Virus record (IMG/VR): IMGVR_UViG_3300006880_000001 | Coordinates: 1 to 64,000 of that record | Strand: one strand, 5' to 3' | Origin: a virus | DNA: 64,000 nt | Shown: positions 45,708-55,259 of the stretch, piece after piece | Layout of the letters: every line of letters begins with the position of its first letter | Numbering within the stretch: position 1 is the first letter of the stretch | Notes under the pieces: model-generated | Told to the model about the DNA's origin: nothing | The model's database searches: none | What the model saw: the letters and a program-made list of their open reading frames with translations, nothing else | Program-made: the position numbers and the translations under genes

Positions 45708-46406
45708 ATGAACACGAAAGACATCGACGTCTCAGAATGGGTACACCACGAATTCCGGTCGGCCTTCCTCCTCCCTCAGGACCGCCCAGGCGGATTCGTC
45801 CGTGAGCTCTTCACCTACAGTCGGTCGCAGCCGATTGTCGGTACGACGCGGATGTCGGAGCTGGTCCATACCAACATCCCGCGGTCGGGCGACAGCGGTC
45901 TCCCTCGGGATTGGGGGATGGTCGTCTTGGGGTGGCGCGCGACCACGGACGCTCCGATGGATGAAGCGCTCATGCGCTGGGCGGCCGCGACGGTGGTGCG
46001 CTTCGAGTACAACAGCAGATGGTACGCCGATGCGCCGCTCGCCAATCTCCTCCGCAAACCGCAGCCGCTTCTCGACAGACCTGTGACGATGGAGGACTTC
46101 GCTATGCCGCGTAGGGCGACATCGGACGAATCGAGCGCACCACTCGGCGGCGCGCTCCCCATCTATATGCGCGACAACATCTCGTACAAGGTCGACGTCG
46201 CCGCGCCGCATGCAGAGTCGGACGCCTTCCGTGCACACCTGGCGTGTGAGTGGCCCGGCGGTGTCACGCAGGCCCTGGGCCACCTGCGCGCCCTGCAGAT
46301 GACGAAGGAGACTTCTCCGTTGGTCTCCGCTGCCATCGGCGCCCTGACGAAAGACGTCACGTTCTGGGTGCACTTCAACGGACTGCTCAAGCGCCCGATC
46401 CAGTGA
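45708..46406 (+). CDS. divergent paralogue of the putative large capsid protein
   Basis: Shares RSQPI, TN.PR.GDSGLP, RFEYN, LPIY.RD.ISYK and GL..RPI with 61452-62144. Confidence 0.8.
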   Translation: MNTKDIDVSEWVHHEFRSAFLLPQDRPGGFVRELFTYSRSQPIVGTTRMSELVHTNIPRSGDSGLPRDWGMVVLGWRATTDAPMDEALMRWAAATVVRFEYNSRWYADAPLANLLRKPQPLLDRPVTMEDFAMPRRATSDESSAPLGGALPIYMRDNISYKVDVAAPHAESDAFRAHLACEWPGGVTQALGHLRALQMTKETSPLVSAAIGALTKDVTFWVHFNGLLKRPIQ

Positions 46407-46440
46407 AAGCTGTCACCCCGCCGGCGTACCATCCTTCGGA

Positions 46441-46644
46441 ATGGCTCGAACGAGTTTCGCGAAGGAGACCGTCCTCTGCCTCTGGCAGTGGAACCCCCGC
46501 CTTGGGCGCTGGCTGTCGCTCCGGCGGGTGACCGCCTCGACGGCGCAGGAGAAGCTGGCGGCGGCGCGTCGGGCGCGTCCCGAGGGGATCTTCGCCGTCA
46601 GCCTGCGCGCCCCGACCGGGAAGCCTAGCGATACCAGCCCTTGA
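46441..46644 (+). CDS. small hypothetical protein
   Basis: GTCAC-N10-TACCAT promoter directly upstream. Confidence 0.55.
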   Translation: MARTSFAKETVLCLWQWNPRLGRWLSLRRVTASTAQEKLAAARRARPEGIFAVSLRAPTGKPSDTSP

Positions 46645-47263
46645 GGCCAGCGGCCTTCTTGCGCTTGCGCTTGGGCAGGAAGACGAGGAGGCCAGCGCCG
46701 AGAACACCCGCGGCGAGGAGGCCGTACACGAGCTTCTTGCGACCCGACGTCGGTCCGATGGCCGAGGTCGCGCTGCCGTCGGGGAGCATGGGTGGGAGCG
46801 GGACCGTCTCCGCCGGACCGGGCGCTGGCGTGTTGGCGGGAACGGCCCGGATGTACGCCCCGACCGCGCGGATGGCGGTCGGCAGCCCCGGCGCGTACCG
46901 CGCGAGGCGATCGTACGCGGCCGCGCTGGACACCGTCGAGGCGAGCTCGGCGAATGGGATGGCGCCGTAGCGCTCCGCCGGGGCGGCGACCGTCGGCGCC
47001 GCGACCAGGATGGCGCCCGCGTGGACGCCGGCCGCGTTGGCGATGGCCTTGAGGGACGTCAGCGTCCTCTCCCCCAAGATCCCATCGACGGGGATGAGCG
47101 CCTTGCCCATCTTCCGCAGGACCCTGTTGATCTCCTCCTGGACTTGTCGGAACAGCGTACTCGTCGTCGGGCTGTCGTAGCCGAAGCAGCCAGCGGCGGC
47201 GCACTTGTACTGGGCCGGAGCGAGACCCAGAACGCCGAGACCCATGGATCCGAGACCTTGCAT
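46625..47263 (-). CDS. membrane-anchored protein with a peptidoglycan-binding-like motif
   Basis: MQGLG N-terminus, QVQEEIN..IPVDGILGERT, C-terminal TM + KRKRKK. Confidence 0.7.
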   Translation of the reverse strand: MQGLGSMGLGVLGLAPAQYKCAAAGCFGYDSPTTSTLFRQVQEEINRVLRKMGKALIPVDGILGERTLTSLKAIANAAGVHAGAILVAAPTVAAPAERYGAIPFAELASTVSSAAAYDRLARYAPGLPTAIRAVGAYIRAVPANTPAPGPAETVPLPPMLPDGSATSAIGPTSGRKKLVYGLLAAGVLGAGLLVFLPKRKRKKAAGLKGWYR

Positions 47264-47281
47264 GGGGCGATGGTAGCAGAG

Positions 47282-47297
47282 GATCGAAGGTACGATC
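47282..47297. promoter_or_regulatory. 16-bp palindromic operator, copy 3 (bidirectional promoter)
   Basis: GATCGAAGGTACGATC flanked by TACCAT(-) and TAGTCT(+) -10 boxes, each 6-7 nt before an ATG. Confidence 0.75.
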
Positions 47298-47315
47298 CAC
47301 GGTAGTCTCGAGGCC

Positions 47316-48149
47316 ATGACCTGCCTGCCGGCGTGGCACCCCAAGCTCCGGGCCGTCCTCGCTCGCGACGTCAAGGTCCCCTCGGGATGTCCGGTAGATG
47401 GCAGCGGCAACATCCCCTGTCGCCCCGACACCCTTCGTGCGAAGGCGGAGGCGCTCCTCGTTGGCCGCGGGCTCTGGCGCGGGGCCCTATCGCTCGACGC
47501 CTACTCGCTCGGTCGCAACATCGCCACCGAGGTTGGCGCCGGCACGACACCCGAGGAGATGGTGGCTCTCGCAGAGGCGTCGGTGAACCAGGCCAAGCGC
47601 CGCGGCAAGAGCGTAAGCGCGCTCATCCTGACCGCGAGCTCGGGGAACGCGGGGTGGTACGGACCGATCCACGGCCCCTCGGGTGTCGGCTCGGCGCCGT
47701 ACGGTCGGTGGACGGCGTCGTCGAAGGATCCGACGCTCGCGACGCTGACCGTCGCCGACTTCGTCCTCCGCGGCGAGTCGGGCAACTTCACCCATGGTGC
47801 TGACGACCAGCTCGGGCTCGAGTACTTCGACGACCCCGTCGGGCTCATGCAGCGCCATGCGACGAACGGCCAATACTGGGTGGGGCCGTTGCCGGGTGTC
47901 GATCCCTGGCGCATCACCCTCTTCCGAACCATGAAGTCGGTGAAGCCGACCAGCCTCGTCGGCGCGCCGCTGCTCGTCCGTGGTGTGGCGTTGGCGCGCG
48001 CCGGACATCAGAAGCCGCCCCCCGTCGACTCTCTACCCGTATGCGCGTCCAGCGGGGGATTCGTCGCAGCCTTGGCGGTCGGCACTGCCATGGTGGGTGG
48101 GGCGCTCTGGTGGCGACGTCGTCACGGCCCCCTCCCCCTCCCACGGTAG
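47316..48149 (+). CDS. SleB/Hydrolase_2-like cell wall hydrolase with C-terminal TM anchor
   Basis: LGRNIATEVG..EMVALAEASVN resembles LAR.I..EA....AVA.V..N; GA; TM + RRR. Confidence 0.55.
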   Translation: MTCLPAWHPKLRAVLARDVKVPSGCPVDGSGNIPCRPDTLRAKAEALLVGRGLWRGALSLDAYSLGRNIATEVGAGTTPEEMVALAEASVNQAKRRGKSVSALILTASSGNAGWYGPIHGPSGVGSAPYGRWTASSKDPTLATLTVADFVLRGESGNFTHGADDQLGLEYFDDPVGLMQRHATNGQYWVGPLPGVDPWRITLFRTMKSVKPTSLVGAPLLVRGVALARAGHQKPPPVDSLPVCASSGGFVAALAVGTAMVGGALWWRRRHGPLPLPR

Positions 48150-48164
48150 ATCGAACCTTCGATC
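48149..48164. promoter_or_regulatory. 16-bp palindromic operator, copy 4
   Basis: GATCGAACCTTCGATC then TACCGT -10 and ATG 48183. Confidence 0.7.
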
Positions 48165-48182
48165 CTGTGGTACCGTGCATGC

Positions 48183-48245
48183 ATGGCGAACAACTGCTGC
48201 ACTCGCCCGATCGTCAAGCCGAAGCGGCCACCGGTCAAGCGCTGA
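48183..48245 (+). CDS. 20-aa basic peptide
   Basis: MANNCCTRPIVKPKRPPVKR, leaderless at the predicted transcription start. Confidence 0.45.
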   Translation: MANNCCTRPIVKPKRPPVKR

Positions 48246-48273
48246 ACCCGTCCTGTCCCCCTCGGAGGAAGTG

Positions 48274-48606
48274 ATGCCCACCTCGTACGCCAACATCGGC
48301 CGCGGCAACTACCAGGTCCGCCTCCACGGCCGCGCCAAGACCGTCTCGCGCACCCAGCTCGAAGCCATCGACCGCGACATCGATCGCCTGCGCAGCGGCA
48401 AGGGCTGCGTCATCTTCTTCCCCCGCAAGAAGGGTGGGAAGGGCATTCGCGCCGTGCAGCGCTGCGAGGGCAAGAGCACCTTCAAGACGCCGTCCTTCCG
48501 CCAGGCGGCGCGGACCCGCGCGAAGAAGCAGTGCCGGAAGGCGAACCTCTTCACGCGCTGCAAGACGGGGCGGGTCATCGGCCGGAAGAAGAGCAAGAAG
48601 CGCTGA
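48274..48606 (+). CDS. small basic Cys-containing protein
   Basis: GGAGG RBS, MPTSYANIGRG..., K/R-rich. Confidence 0.7.
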   Translation: MPTSYANIGRGNYQVRLHGRAKTVSRTQLEAIDRDIDRLRSGKGCVIFFPRKKGGKGIRAVQRCEGKSTFKTPSFRQAARTRAKKQCRKANLFTRCKTGRVIGRKKSKKR

Positions 48607-48609
48607 GCG

Positions 48610-48966
48610 ATGGAACCGCCCCAGGCACAGTCCCTCTTCGAGACCGCGCTCTCCTGGGGAGGCCTGGGGGTCCTGACGTTCGCGCTCGGCTTCATCTCCT
48701 GGATCCTCTTCAAGCGGCTGTCGAAGAACGAGGAGCGTCAGGAAGAGCGCCACGAGAAGCTCGTCGCCGGCATGCAGGCGTCCCTGGACAAGGCACGTGA
48801 GGAGGCGGTCGCGAGTGAGGAGAGGCATCGGCAGGAGATCCAGGCCATGGCCAACCGGCAGATCACCATGTCGGAGTCGTACGCCCGCGAGTACCACAAG
48901 CTCGCCGAGAAGGCGACCGAGGTCCTCGGCGCGCTGTCGCGCAGGATCAACAGCCGGGGGCGCTGA
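48610..48966 (+). CDS. single-TM coiled-coil protein (holin-like)
   Basis: N-terminal TM followed by a charged coiled coil. Confidence 0.65.
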   Translation: MEPPQAQSLFETALSWGGLGVLTFALGFISWILFKRLSKNEERQEERHEKLVAGMQASLDKAREEAVASEERHRQEIQAMANRQITMSESYAREYHKLAEKATEVLGALSRRINSRGR

Positions 48967-48967
48967 C

Positions 48968-49273
48968 GTGCCGCTGCCGGAAGGACATCGTCGGATCATG
49001 GCACTGGTCAACGCCTCCATCCCCTCTGGCCGAGCGCCCGAGCTCCCGCTCGATCCGGACATGGAGGCTGCGCTCGAGGCGTCCGACCGCGAGCGCGCGG
49101 CCATCTACGCCTCGATGGACGACCTCTCCGACAAGTTCGAGCAGCTCGCCGACGACATCGACAGCGGTCCACAGAACGATGCCATCCCCGTCGAGATCTC
49201 GGAGGACGAGGACAGCCTCGCCGTCCATGTCGACGCCGCCCTCGACAGCACGCCGGTCCCGCGCCGGCGCTAG
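48968..49273 (+). CDS. acidic hypothetical protein
   Basis: GTG right after the previous stop. Confidence 0.5.
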   Translation: MPLPEGHRRIMALVNASIPSGRAPELPLDPDMEAALEASDRERAAIYASMDDLSDKFEQLADDIDSGPQNDAIPVEISEDEDSLAVHVDAALDSTPVPRRR

Positions 49274-52098
49274 ATGAGCTCGAGCGTCACGAGGACGTTG
49301 GTCTGCGCCGTGCCCGGGAGCGCCGACTTGGTGACCTGCATCGAGAGCAGGTCACCCGCGGCGAACGAGATGGAGGCCGAGGCCGACGAGCCGCTCGACG
49401 CTGTGTGGGCGACGGTCAGCACGAGACCGGTCGAGGCGCCGTTCTTCCGCATGGTGTAGACCGTGTTGCCGGCGCCGACGCCGGCCGTGCAGTGCATGCG
49501 CAGATTGCGGATGATGCAGGCGCGGGGGATGTTGAGCTGGATCTCGGTGGTGCCGACCAACGCCTGGCCGAAGCCCGGCGCCATGAAGCGCGCGGCGGTC
49601 ACCGCGGCGTCCGTGTCGACGGTGCCGAAGGTGACGGGGAAGCCGCCGACGGAAGCCCAGCCAGTGTTGTTGGCGGCGGCCTCCTTCGTCCAGAGGACCG
49701 TCGCTTGGCCGCCGCTCGAGTTGACGAGGGCGGAACCGATCGGAGCGGTGACGTTGTTCTGCGGACCCGCAGCGAGCGCCATGAGGGCGATCTGTCGCCC
49801 CAGACCGGCGTTGCCGCCTGCGGTGACGCCCACGGACGCGCCAACAACGACGCCGGTCGGGAAGCCGATGAGCGCGTTCGCGGTACCACCGGTGACCTGG
49901 ATGCTGCCCGCGTTGCCGGAGGTGGTGGTCCAGATCCGGGCCGGTACCGGGGTCCCATCCGCCTGGTTGGTGAGGAGGATCGAACCGCCGCCCCTACCAC
50001 CCGCCAGCGTCGTCGTTGCGGCGTCGCCGACTTCCTTGCTCGACACGTTCAGGATGTCGGAGACGTTGCCGGTGCCGCTGGTGGAGCCGACGGCCATGCC
50101 GAGCGTGGCAGCCGCGGTGCCGCCAACGACCTGCACGCGAGAGCCGAGACCACACCGGTTCGACGTGATGCGTAGCTGGCCGCCGCTGTTGGAGGCGACG
50201 GCGGTCGTGAGGACACCGTTGATGCGGTTGATGACGTCGACGAGGGCCTGGTCGGCCGCCGTGAAGACGATCGACTGATTTGTCGTCGCGTCGATGTTGA
50301 CCGTGAGCGCCTCACCACCGACGAAGCCGGTCGGGTAGGTACCGGCGACGCCAGTGCGCTGCGCCTGCGTACAGCTGAAGGTGATGGTCTGCGGCGCGCC
50401 GCCATTGACGGCGACGGTCAGGGTGTCGCCATTGGTCATGACGTACGGCATCGGAAGCGTAGAGACCACGGCCCCCGTGTTGTCGGCGGGGACCTCGATG
50501 CCGGCGTTGGTGATGACGCCGAGGTTGTGTTGGGCGATCCGCGAGCCGAAGATCGGCTCCGTCGTACCTCGCGTCCATCGTGCGATCGAGAACGCGTTGA
50601 TGACCATGCAACCGCTGACGGTCGAGTTGCTGATCGATCCGGGGGACGCCGAGAAGTTGACGCAGGTCAGCAGATTCAGTCCGCCGGTCAACGCCATGGA
50701 CCCACGCACCGTCTGGTGGTCGCCGAGACCTTCGATGGCGCGCAGGTTGAAGCCGACCGCGGTGTTGACGGCGGTAGGGGTCATCCGTGCGATGCACCCC
50801 GCGACCAGTACCTCGTACGCCGATTCGATGACGAAGCCGGTCGGGCCACGCGTGGAGTCGGCGATGCTGTTGCTGACGTGCACCTTCGACGGCAACGTGG
50901 ACCCGCCCACGCCGAAGATGTACACCGGCGTGACGTCGACGGCGGAGGCCGCGACGATGTAGCGGGCGATGTTGGCGGTGTAGGTCAGGCCCTCGATGTA
51001 GCGGAAGAGCTTGACCTGTGGGCGGCCGGTGCCGAGATCCGGATCGACGTTGCCTTCGACATCGCGCACGAAGACGTTGCCGATCATGTCGACGTTCTGC
51101 AGGTTCAGGGCGTCGACCGACCCGCGAATGACGTTGCTGGCGATCACCGATCGCTTGTGCGAGGTGGCGCCCGGACCGTCTCCGGTGAACGTACAGCTCA
51201 GCGCCGAGTTCGAGACGTTGTGGGTCTGGTTACAGTGGATGTTGAATTCGAAGTTGCCCACCAGACCCGTCGGCTCGAAGTCGATCTCCTGGTCGTGGGG
51301 GCCGCTCAGCCAGTTGTGCGAGATGATGATCCGCCCCGTCGCGCGCTGGATGCCGATGCCCGAACGCGAGCTCACGCAGTCGAGCGCGTTGGCGACGATG
51401 CGGACGTTGGTGACCTCTTTGGCCGACTCGCCGAGGATCTGGATGCCATCGCCGGGCTGCCCGAAGAACCAGCAGCCGACGACCTCGACGTCCGTCGGGC
51501 CGACCGCGTCGGAGGCCGCGCCGCGGATGCGGATGATGTGGTCCTGCTCGGAAATGTTGGTGAGGCTGAGGCCATCGAACCCGAGGTTGTAGAAGCGGAT
51601 CCGCTTCGAGCCGCCGTGGACATAGAAGAGGTAGTAATCCTGGAGGCCGGACGAGCCGGTCATGAGCAACTTCGAGGCAGGACCGTCACCCAAGAAGAAG
51701 ATGTCGGTGACGCCGTTGAGCTCGAAGTTCCACACGTTGGGCGGGGCGGGGCGCTGGAATGCGTAGTTCCCCGGGGGGAAGTAGAGGATGCCGCCACCAG
51801 CAGCCGACATCGTCGCGATCGCCGTCTTCGCCATCGCGTCGTTGTTCGTTACGCCATCGCGCACGAAGCCGAAGTCGCGGACCGCGTTGTACACGCGTAG
51901 GTTGTGCAGGTTCTGGATCGTCCAGCCGGAGGTTGGCGTGCTGGTCTTGAGCCACGTGCGCGGCAGGACCGTGGACGTATCGATACCGATGGAACCCACC
52001 GTCGCCGCGTACGGAGCGGTATCGTACGACGTCGCTTGCTGTGCTGCGTCGATCAGGTTGACCCGCAGCTTCTGGGTGCCGAAGACGCCGGCCGTCAT
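49270..52098 (-). CDS. beta-helix (pectate lyase-like) spike / receptor-binding protein
   Basis: VRDFG..DGVTNND..GGGILYFPPGNY, PbH1-like repeats, repeated beta-sandwich linkers, C-domain shared with 52098-54245. Confidence 0.8.
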   Translation of the reverse strand: MTAGVFGTQKLRVNLIDAAQQATSYDTAPYAATVGSIGIDTSTVLPRTWLKTSTPTSGWTIQNLHNLRVYNAVRDFGFVRDGVTNNDAMAKTAIATMSAAGGGILYFPPGNYAFQRPAPPNVWNFELNGVTDIFFLGDGPASKLLMTGSSGLQDYYLFYVHGGSKRIRFYNLGFDGLSLTNISEQDHIIRIRGAASDAVGPTDVEVVGCWFFGQPGDGIQILGESAKEVTNVRIVANALDCVSSRSGIGIQRATGRIIISHNWLSGPHDQEIDFEPTGLVGNFEFNIHCNQTHNVSNSALSCTFTGDGPGATSHKRSVIASNVIRGSVDALNLQNVDMIGNVFVRDVEGNVDPDLGTGRPQVKLFRYIEGLTYTANIARYIVAASAVDVTPVYIFGVGGSTLPSKVHVSNSIADSTRGPTGFVIESAYEVLVAGCIARMTPTAVNTAVGFNLRAIEGLGDHQTVRGSMALTGGLNLLTCVNFSASPGSISNSTVSGCMVINAFSIARWTRGTTEPIFGSRIAQHNLGVITNAGIEVPADNTGAVVSTLPMPYVMTNGDTLTVAVNGGAPQTITFSCTQAQRTGVAGTYPTGFVGGEALTVNIDATTNQSIVFTAADQALVDVINRINGVLTTAVASNSGGQLRITSNRCGLGSRVQVVGGTAAATLGMAVGSTSGTGNVSDILNVSSKEVGDAATTTLAGGRGGGSILLTNQADGTPVPARIWTTTSGNAGSIQVTGGTANALIGFPTGVVVGASVGVTAGGNAGLGRQIALMALAAGPQNNVTAPIGSALVNSSGGQATVLWTKEAAANNTGWASVGGFPVTFGTVDTDAAVTAARFMAPGFGQALVGTTEIQLNIPRACIIRNLRMHCTAGVGAGNTVYTMRKNGASTGLVLTVAHTASSGSSASASISFAAGDLLSMQVTKSALPGTAQTNVLVTLELI

Positions 52099-54245
52099 CA
52101 GATCAGCTCCACGGTAGCCGTCACGTTCGTCTGCCCCGCGGTGACCGCGCCCGACTTCGTGATGCTGATGGAGAGCAGGTCTCCAGCGACCACCGTGAAG
52201 GTGTGGGTCGTGTCCACGGCGTTGCCGGTGGCGGTGTTGCCAAGGGTCGTCAGGAGCGTGGTGTCCACGCCGTTCTTGCGGACGGTGTACGTGACGGTCG
52301 CGGCGTCGGTGCCAGCACCGGTCACGTGGACGCGCAGGTTGCGGACCGTCCCCGGGCGAGGGAGATTGATCTGGAGCTCGGTGGCGCCGGCGGTCGCCGT
52401 GGTGAAGCCGGGCGCGAAGTACAGCGCCGTCGCGACCGTGCCGGCGTCGCCGATGCCGAAGACGACCGGTCCACCGCCACAGGGGACCCAGCCTGCGGCG
52501 CCGGTGCCGGTCTCCTTGTAGTAGAACGCGGTGTCCTGGCCACCGTCACGGCGGGCGTATAGCGACCCGACGCGGGCGGTGACGACGCCTTCGGGCGAAC
52601 CGTTGCCGGTGCGGTACGTGGTGCCGACCGCCGACGCGTTGAGGCCGATGTACGGGAATACGGTGGTGCCGACCTCGGAGTAGTCGGCCGTCGCGGCGTC
52701 CCACAGGTTGGTGGCGTCCATCAGCTGGCCAGTGGTGAGCGAACCACCACCGGCGTCCTCGTAGCGGATGCCGACGTCGATCTGGTCGGCCTGGTTGTCG
52801 ACCATCTGCACGTTGACGATGTTGGCGCCATTGCAGAGGAGGCGAATGGCCGATCGGAACGTACCCGCGGCCGCCGTCATCTGGTTGCCGACGAGCTGGA
52901 CGCCGTCGACGGCGGCGTTGACCGCCTGAACGTCGATGGCGTCGACCGCGGTGGCGCCCGCGTTCGAGCTCCGGCAGATGTTGTCGCCGACCGACACGTT
53001 GATCGGGTCGAGCAGGTAGATGAACGGCGCGGCCGTGACCTCCTGCACGAGGGTGTTGTTGCCGCAGCGGACGATCGTCGGCTGGATGGCATCCGCGAGC
53101 TCCATCGAGAAGCACGCACCGACACCGGCACCGCTCGTGCGGACCCAGACGTTGCCCGAGAAGGCCAGATGGCTCACTCGACGCGTCACGCGCCAGGAGG
53201 CGTCGGTGCTGGCGTAGACACCGCTGGTCTGAACATTGCCGACGAAGGTGGAGTCCGCGACGTTCGTGATCTCGACGAAGCCGTTCAGGATGACGTTGTT
53301 GTTGAACGCCATCGCGTTGATGCGATCGGTGTCGTGGCCGACGAGGGACACCGCACGCCGCTCGGTGGCGTGGGTGTGGATGATCTCGTTGCCGGTGATG
53401 ACGACGTCCTGCGTCACCCCCGCCGCGGTCGAGACGAAGGCGATCTCGCGCTCGCAGCCGGTCAGGTAGCTGTCGCAGACCCAGAGGTTCGACACGCCCT
53501 GCTCGACGCCGACGCCATAGCGGGCGATCGACTCGAAGACCGAGTCGAGGACCCACACGCGCTGCACCAGGTTGCCAGCTGCGCCGAAGAGGTGGAGGCC
53601 GTCGCCCGCGTTCGCGACTGTGTTTTGGAAGCGGCAGCGGAAGAACTGGATCTCCGTCGGAGAGCCGGTACCGTCGCCGATCTCGACCAGGTGGTTCTGC
53701 CGCGACGCCGCCGGGTTCGAGAGCCCGCTACCGTCGAAGGTCACATCCTCGAATCGGATCTTTGACGCGTTGCCGCGGATCCGGAAGAGGCTCCACGCTG
53801 CCGCACCGGCGTTGCCGCTCTGCTTGAAGACGGTCGCGCTGCCCTGCCCGACGATGATGACGTTGGCCATCGCGTTCATGTCGATGGAGTACGGATTGGC
53901 TCCGTCCTTCGACATGAGGTACGTCCCGCGCGGGGCGTAGACGACCCCGCCGCCGGCCGCGTTGCAGGCGATGATGGCGTTGTTGATCGGGACGCGGTCG
54001 TCGGCGACGCCGTCGCCGGCGGCACCGTAGTCGCGGACCGAGTACCAGTGGAACGATTGGTTCAGGATCGTCCACGCGGTGTTGCCCGCTGCGGTCTTCT
54101 GGTAGGCACCCGGCGTCCCCTCGCGGCTGTACAACGAGCCGATGACGGCGGACACGCCACCCCCCGCCGTCGGATCCCCAGGCTGGCTGAGGATGTCGAC
54201 GAGGTTGAGGCGGATCTTGATGGCGCCAGCGTAGCCTGCCGTCAT
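52098..54245 (-). CDS. beta-helix (pectate lyase-like) spike / receptor-binding protein
   Basis: VRDYGAAGDGVADD..GGGVVYAPRGTY, PbH1-like repeats, GSPEGVVTA.VGSLY motif. Confidence 0.82.
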   Translation of the reverse strand: MTAGYAGAIKIRLNLVDILSQPGDPTAGGGVSAVIGSLYSREGTPGAYQKTAAGNTAWTILNQSFHWYSVRDYGAAGDGVADDRVPINNAIIACNAAGGGVVYAPRGTYLMSKDGANPYSIDMNAMANVIIVGQGSATVFKQSGNAGAAAWSLFRIRGNASKIRFEDVTFDGSGLSNPAASRQNHLVEIGDGTGSPTEIQFFRCRFQNTVANAGDGLHLFGAAGNLVQRVWVLDSVFESIARYGVGVEQGVSNLWVCDSYLTGCEREIAFVSTAAGVTQDVVITGNEIIHTHATERRAVSLVGHDTDRINAMAFNNNVILNGFVEITNVADSTFVGNVQTSGVYASTDASWRVTRRVSHLAFSGNVWVRTSGAGVGACFSMELADAIQPTIVRCGNNTLVQEVTAAPFIYLLDPINVSVGDNICRSSNAGATAVDAIDVQAVNAAVDGVQLVGNQMTAAAGTFRSAIRLLCNGANIVNVQMVDNQADQIDVGIRYEDAGGGSLTTGQLMDATNLWDAATADYSEVGTTVFPYIGLNASAVGTTYRTGNGSPEGVVTARVGSLYARRDGGQDTAFYYKETGTGAAGWVPCGGGPVVFGIGDAGTVATALYFAPGFTTATAGATELQINLPRPGTVRNLRVHVTGAGTDAATVTYTVRKNGVDTTLLTTLGNTATGNAVDTTHTFTVVAGDLLSISITKSGAVTAGQTNVTATVELI

Positions 54246-54257
54246 GGGCGGGGTCCT

Positions 54258-55259
54258 TTACAGCTGCAGGGGGATGTAGATCCCAGGGTTGCCGTCGCTT
54301 CCGGTGAGACCACCACCGCCTCCACCCGCACCGCCCGCGCCGCCGAGCACCGTCGGCGTACTCCCCGAGAAGGCGTGGAAGCCGATGATGATGACCCCGC
54401 CACCGCCACCGCCGCCGCCGCCGATGCCCGCCGCGGCCAGCGTGGCCCCTGCGCCGCCGTTCGCCGAGATGGTTCCGTTGTTGACGACCTCGCGAGCGAA
54501 GATGAATATGCCACCTGCACCCGAACCGCCACCGCGCCCCGCCGTCCCGCCATCGCCACCACCGGCACCACCGCCTGCTCCCGGTTGAAGCTGGATGAGG
54601 CCTGCCGTGGAGAAGTAGTTGCCGACGCCCCCCGAGATGGGATTCCGCACCGTACCGCGGTTGGCCACCGCGGCCGTGACCGTACCGCCGCCGCCCGCGG
54701 TGCCGCCGGATCCCGCGCCACCGGCGCCTCCCGAGCCCGTGAAGCCCGGGATGCATTCGGTGCGGTTGGTGCCGGCGTTGCCATTGGTGGCGGTTCCGTT
54801 ACCGCCAGCCCCCGACGAACTGCCCCAGACCGCCGCGGTGACCGCGCCGCCTCCCGACGATCCGGACGCGTTCACGCCGTTCGTGCGGATGATGCCACCA
54901 ACATCGACCGTGAGCGTGCCGCGCACCCAGATGCGGCAACCCCCTGGTTGCAGGATCTGTCCGGCGGGGACCGTCAGATTCGTGTAGTAGGTATCGCGTG
55001 TGAGCGTGACGGTGCCCGCAACGGTGAGCGCACCGTCGGAGCCGTCGCCGAAGAGGTCCCGTGGTGTGAGGGGAACCCAGGCGGTGTCCGCGGATCCCAC
55101 CTTCTGCCAGATCAGGCTCGTCGATGTCTGGTAGTAGAAGGAGCCAAGAGCCGCGACGACACCACCGCCGCTCGAGGGATCCGCGGCGCCGGGTTGCAGA
55201 GTCGGCGAGGTCGCAGCACCGCCCAGGGAGACCACGTCAGAGGCGAAGGGAAGGCTCAT
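54258..55259 (-). CDS. glycine-rich fibre/spike protein
   Basis: FGDGSDG, GGGxG repeats, N-terminal DP..GGGV.A.GS.Y motif shared with the beta-helix proteins. Confidence 0.75.
   Translation of the reverse strand: MSLPFASDVVSLGGAATSPTLQPGAADPSSGGGVVAALGSFYYQTSTSLIWQKVGSADTAWVPLTPRDLFGDGSDGALTVAGTVTLTRDTYYTNLTVPAGQILQPGGCRIWVRGTLTVDVGGIIRTNGVNASGSSGGGAVTAAVWGSSSGAGGNGTATNGNAGTNRTECIPGFTGSGGAGGAGSGGTAGGGGTVTAAVANRGTVRNPISGGVGNYFSTAGLIQLQPGAGGGAGGGDGGTAGRGGGSGAGGIFIFAREVVNNGTISANGGAGATLAAAGIGGGGGGGGGVIIIGFHAFSGSTPTVLGGAGGAGGGGGGLTGSDGNPGIYIPLQL

Noticed and set aside
49900-50460. Tail sheath or flagellar hook gene
   Set aside because: The similar-looking segments are internal linker domains of a beta-helix spike protein; no tube, baseplate or flagellar genes are nearby.
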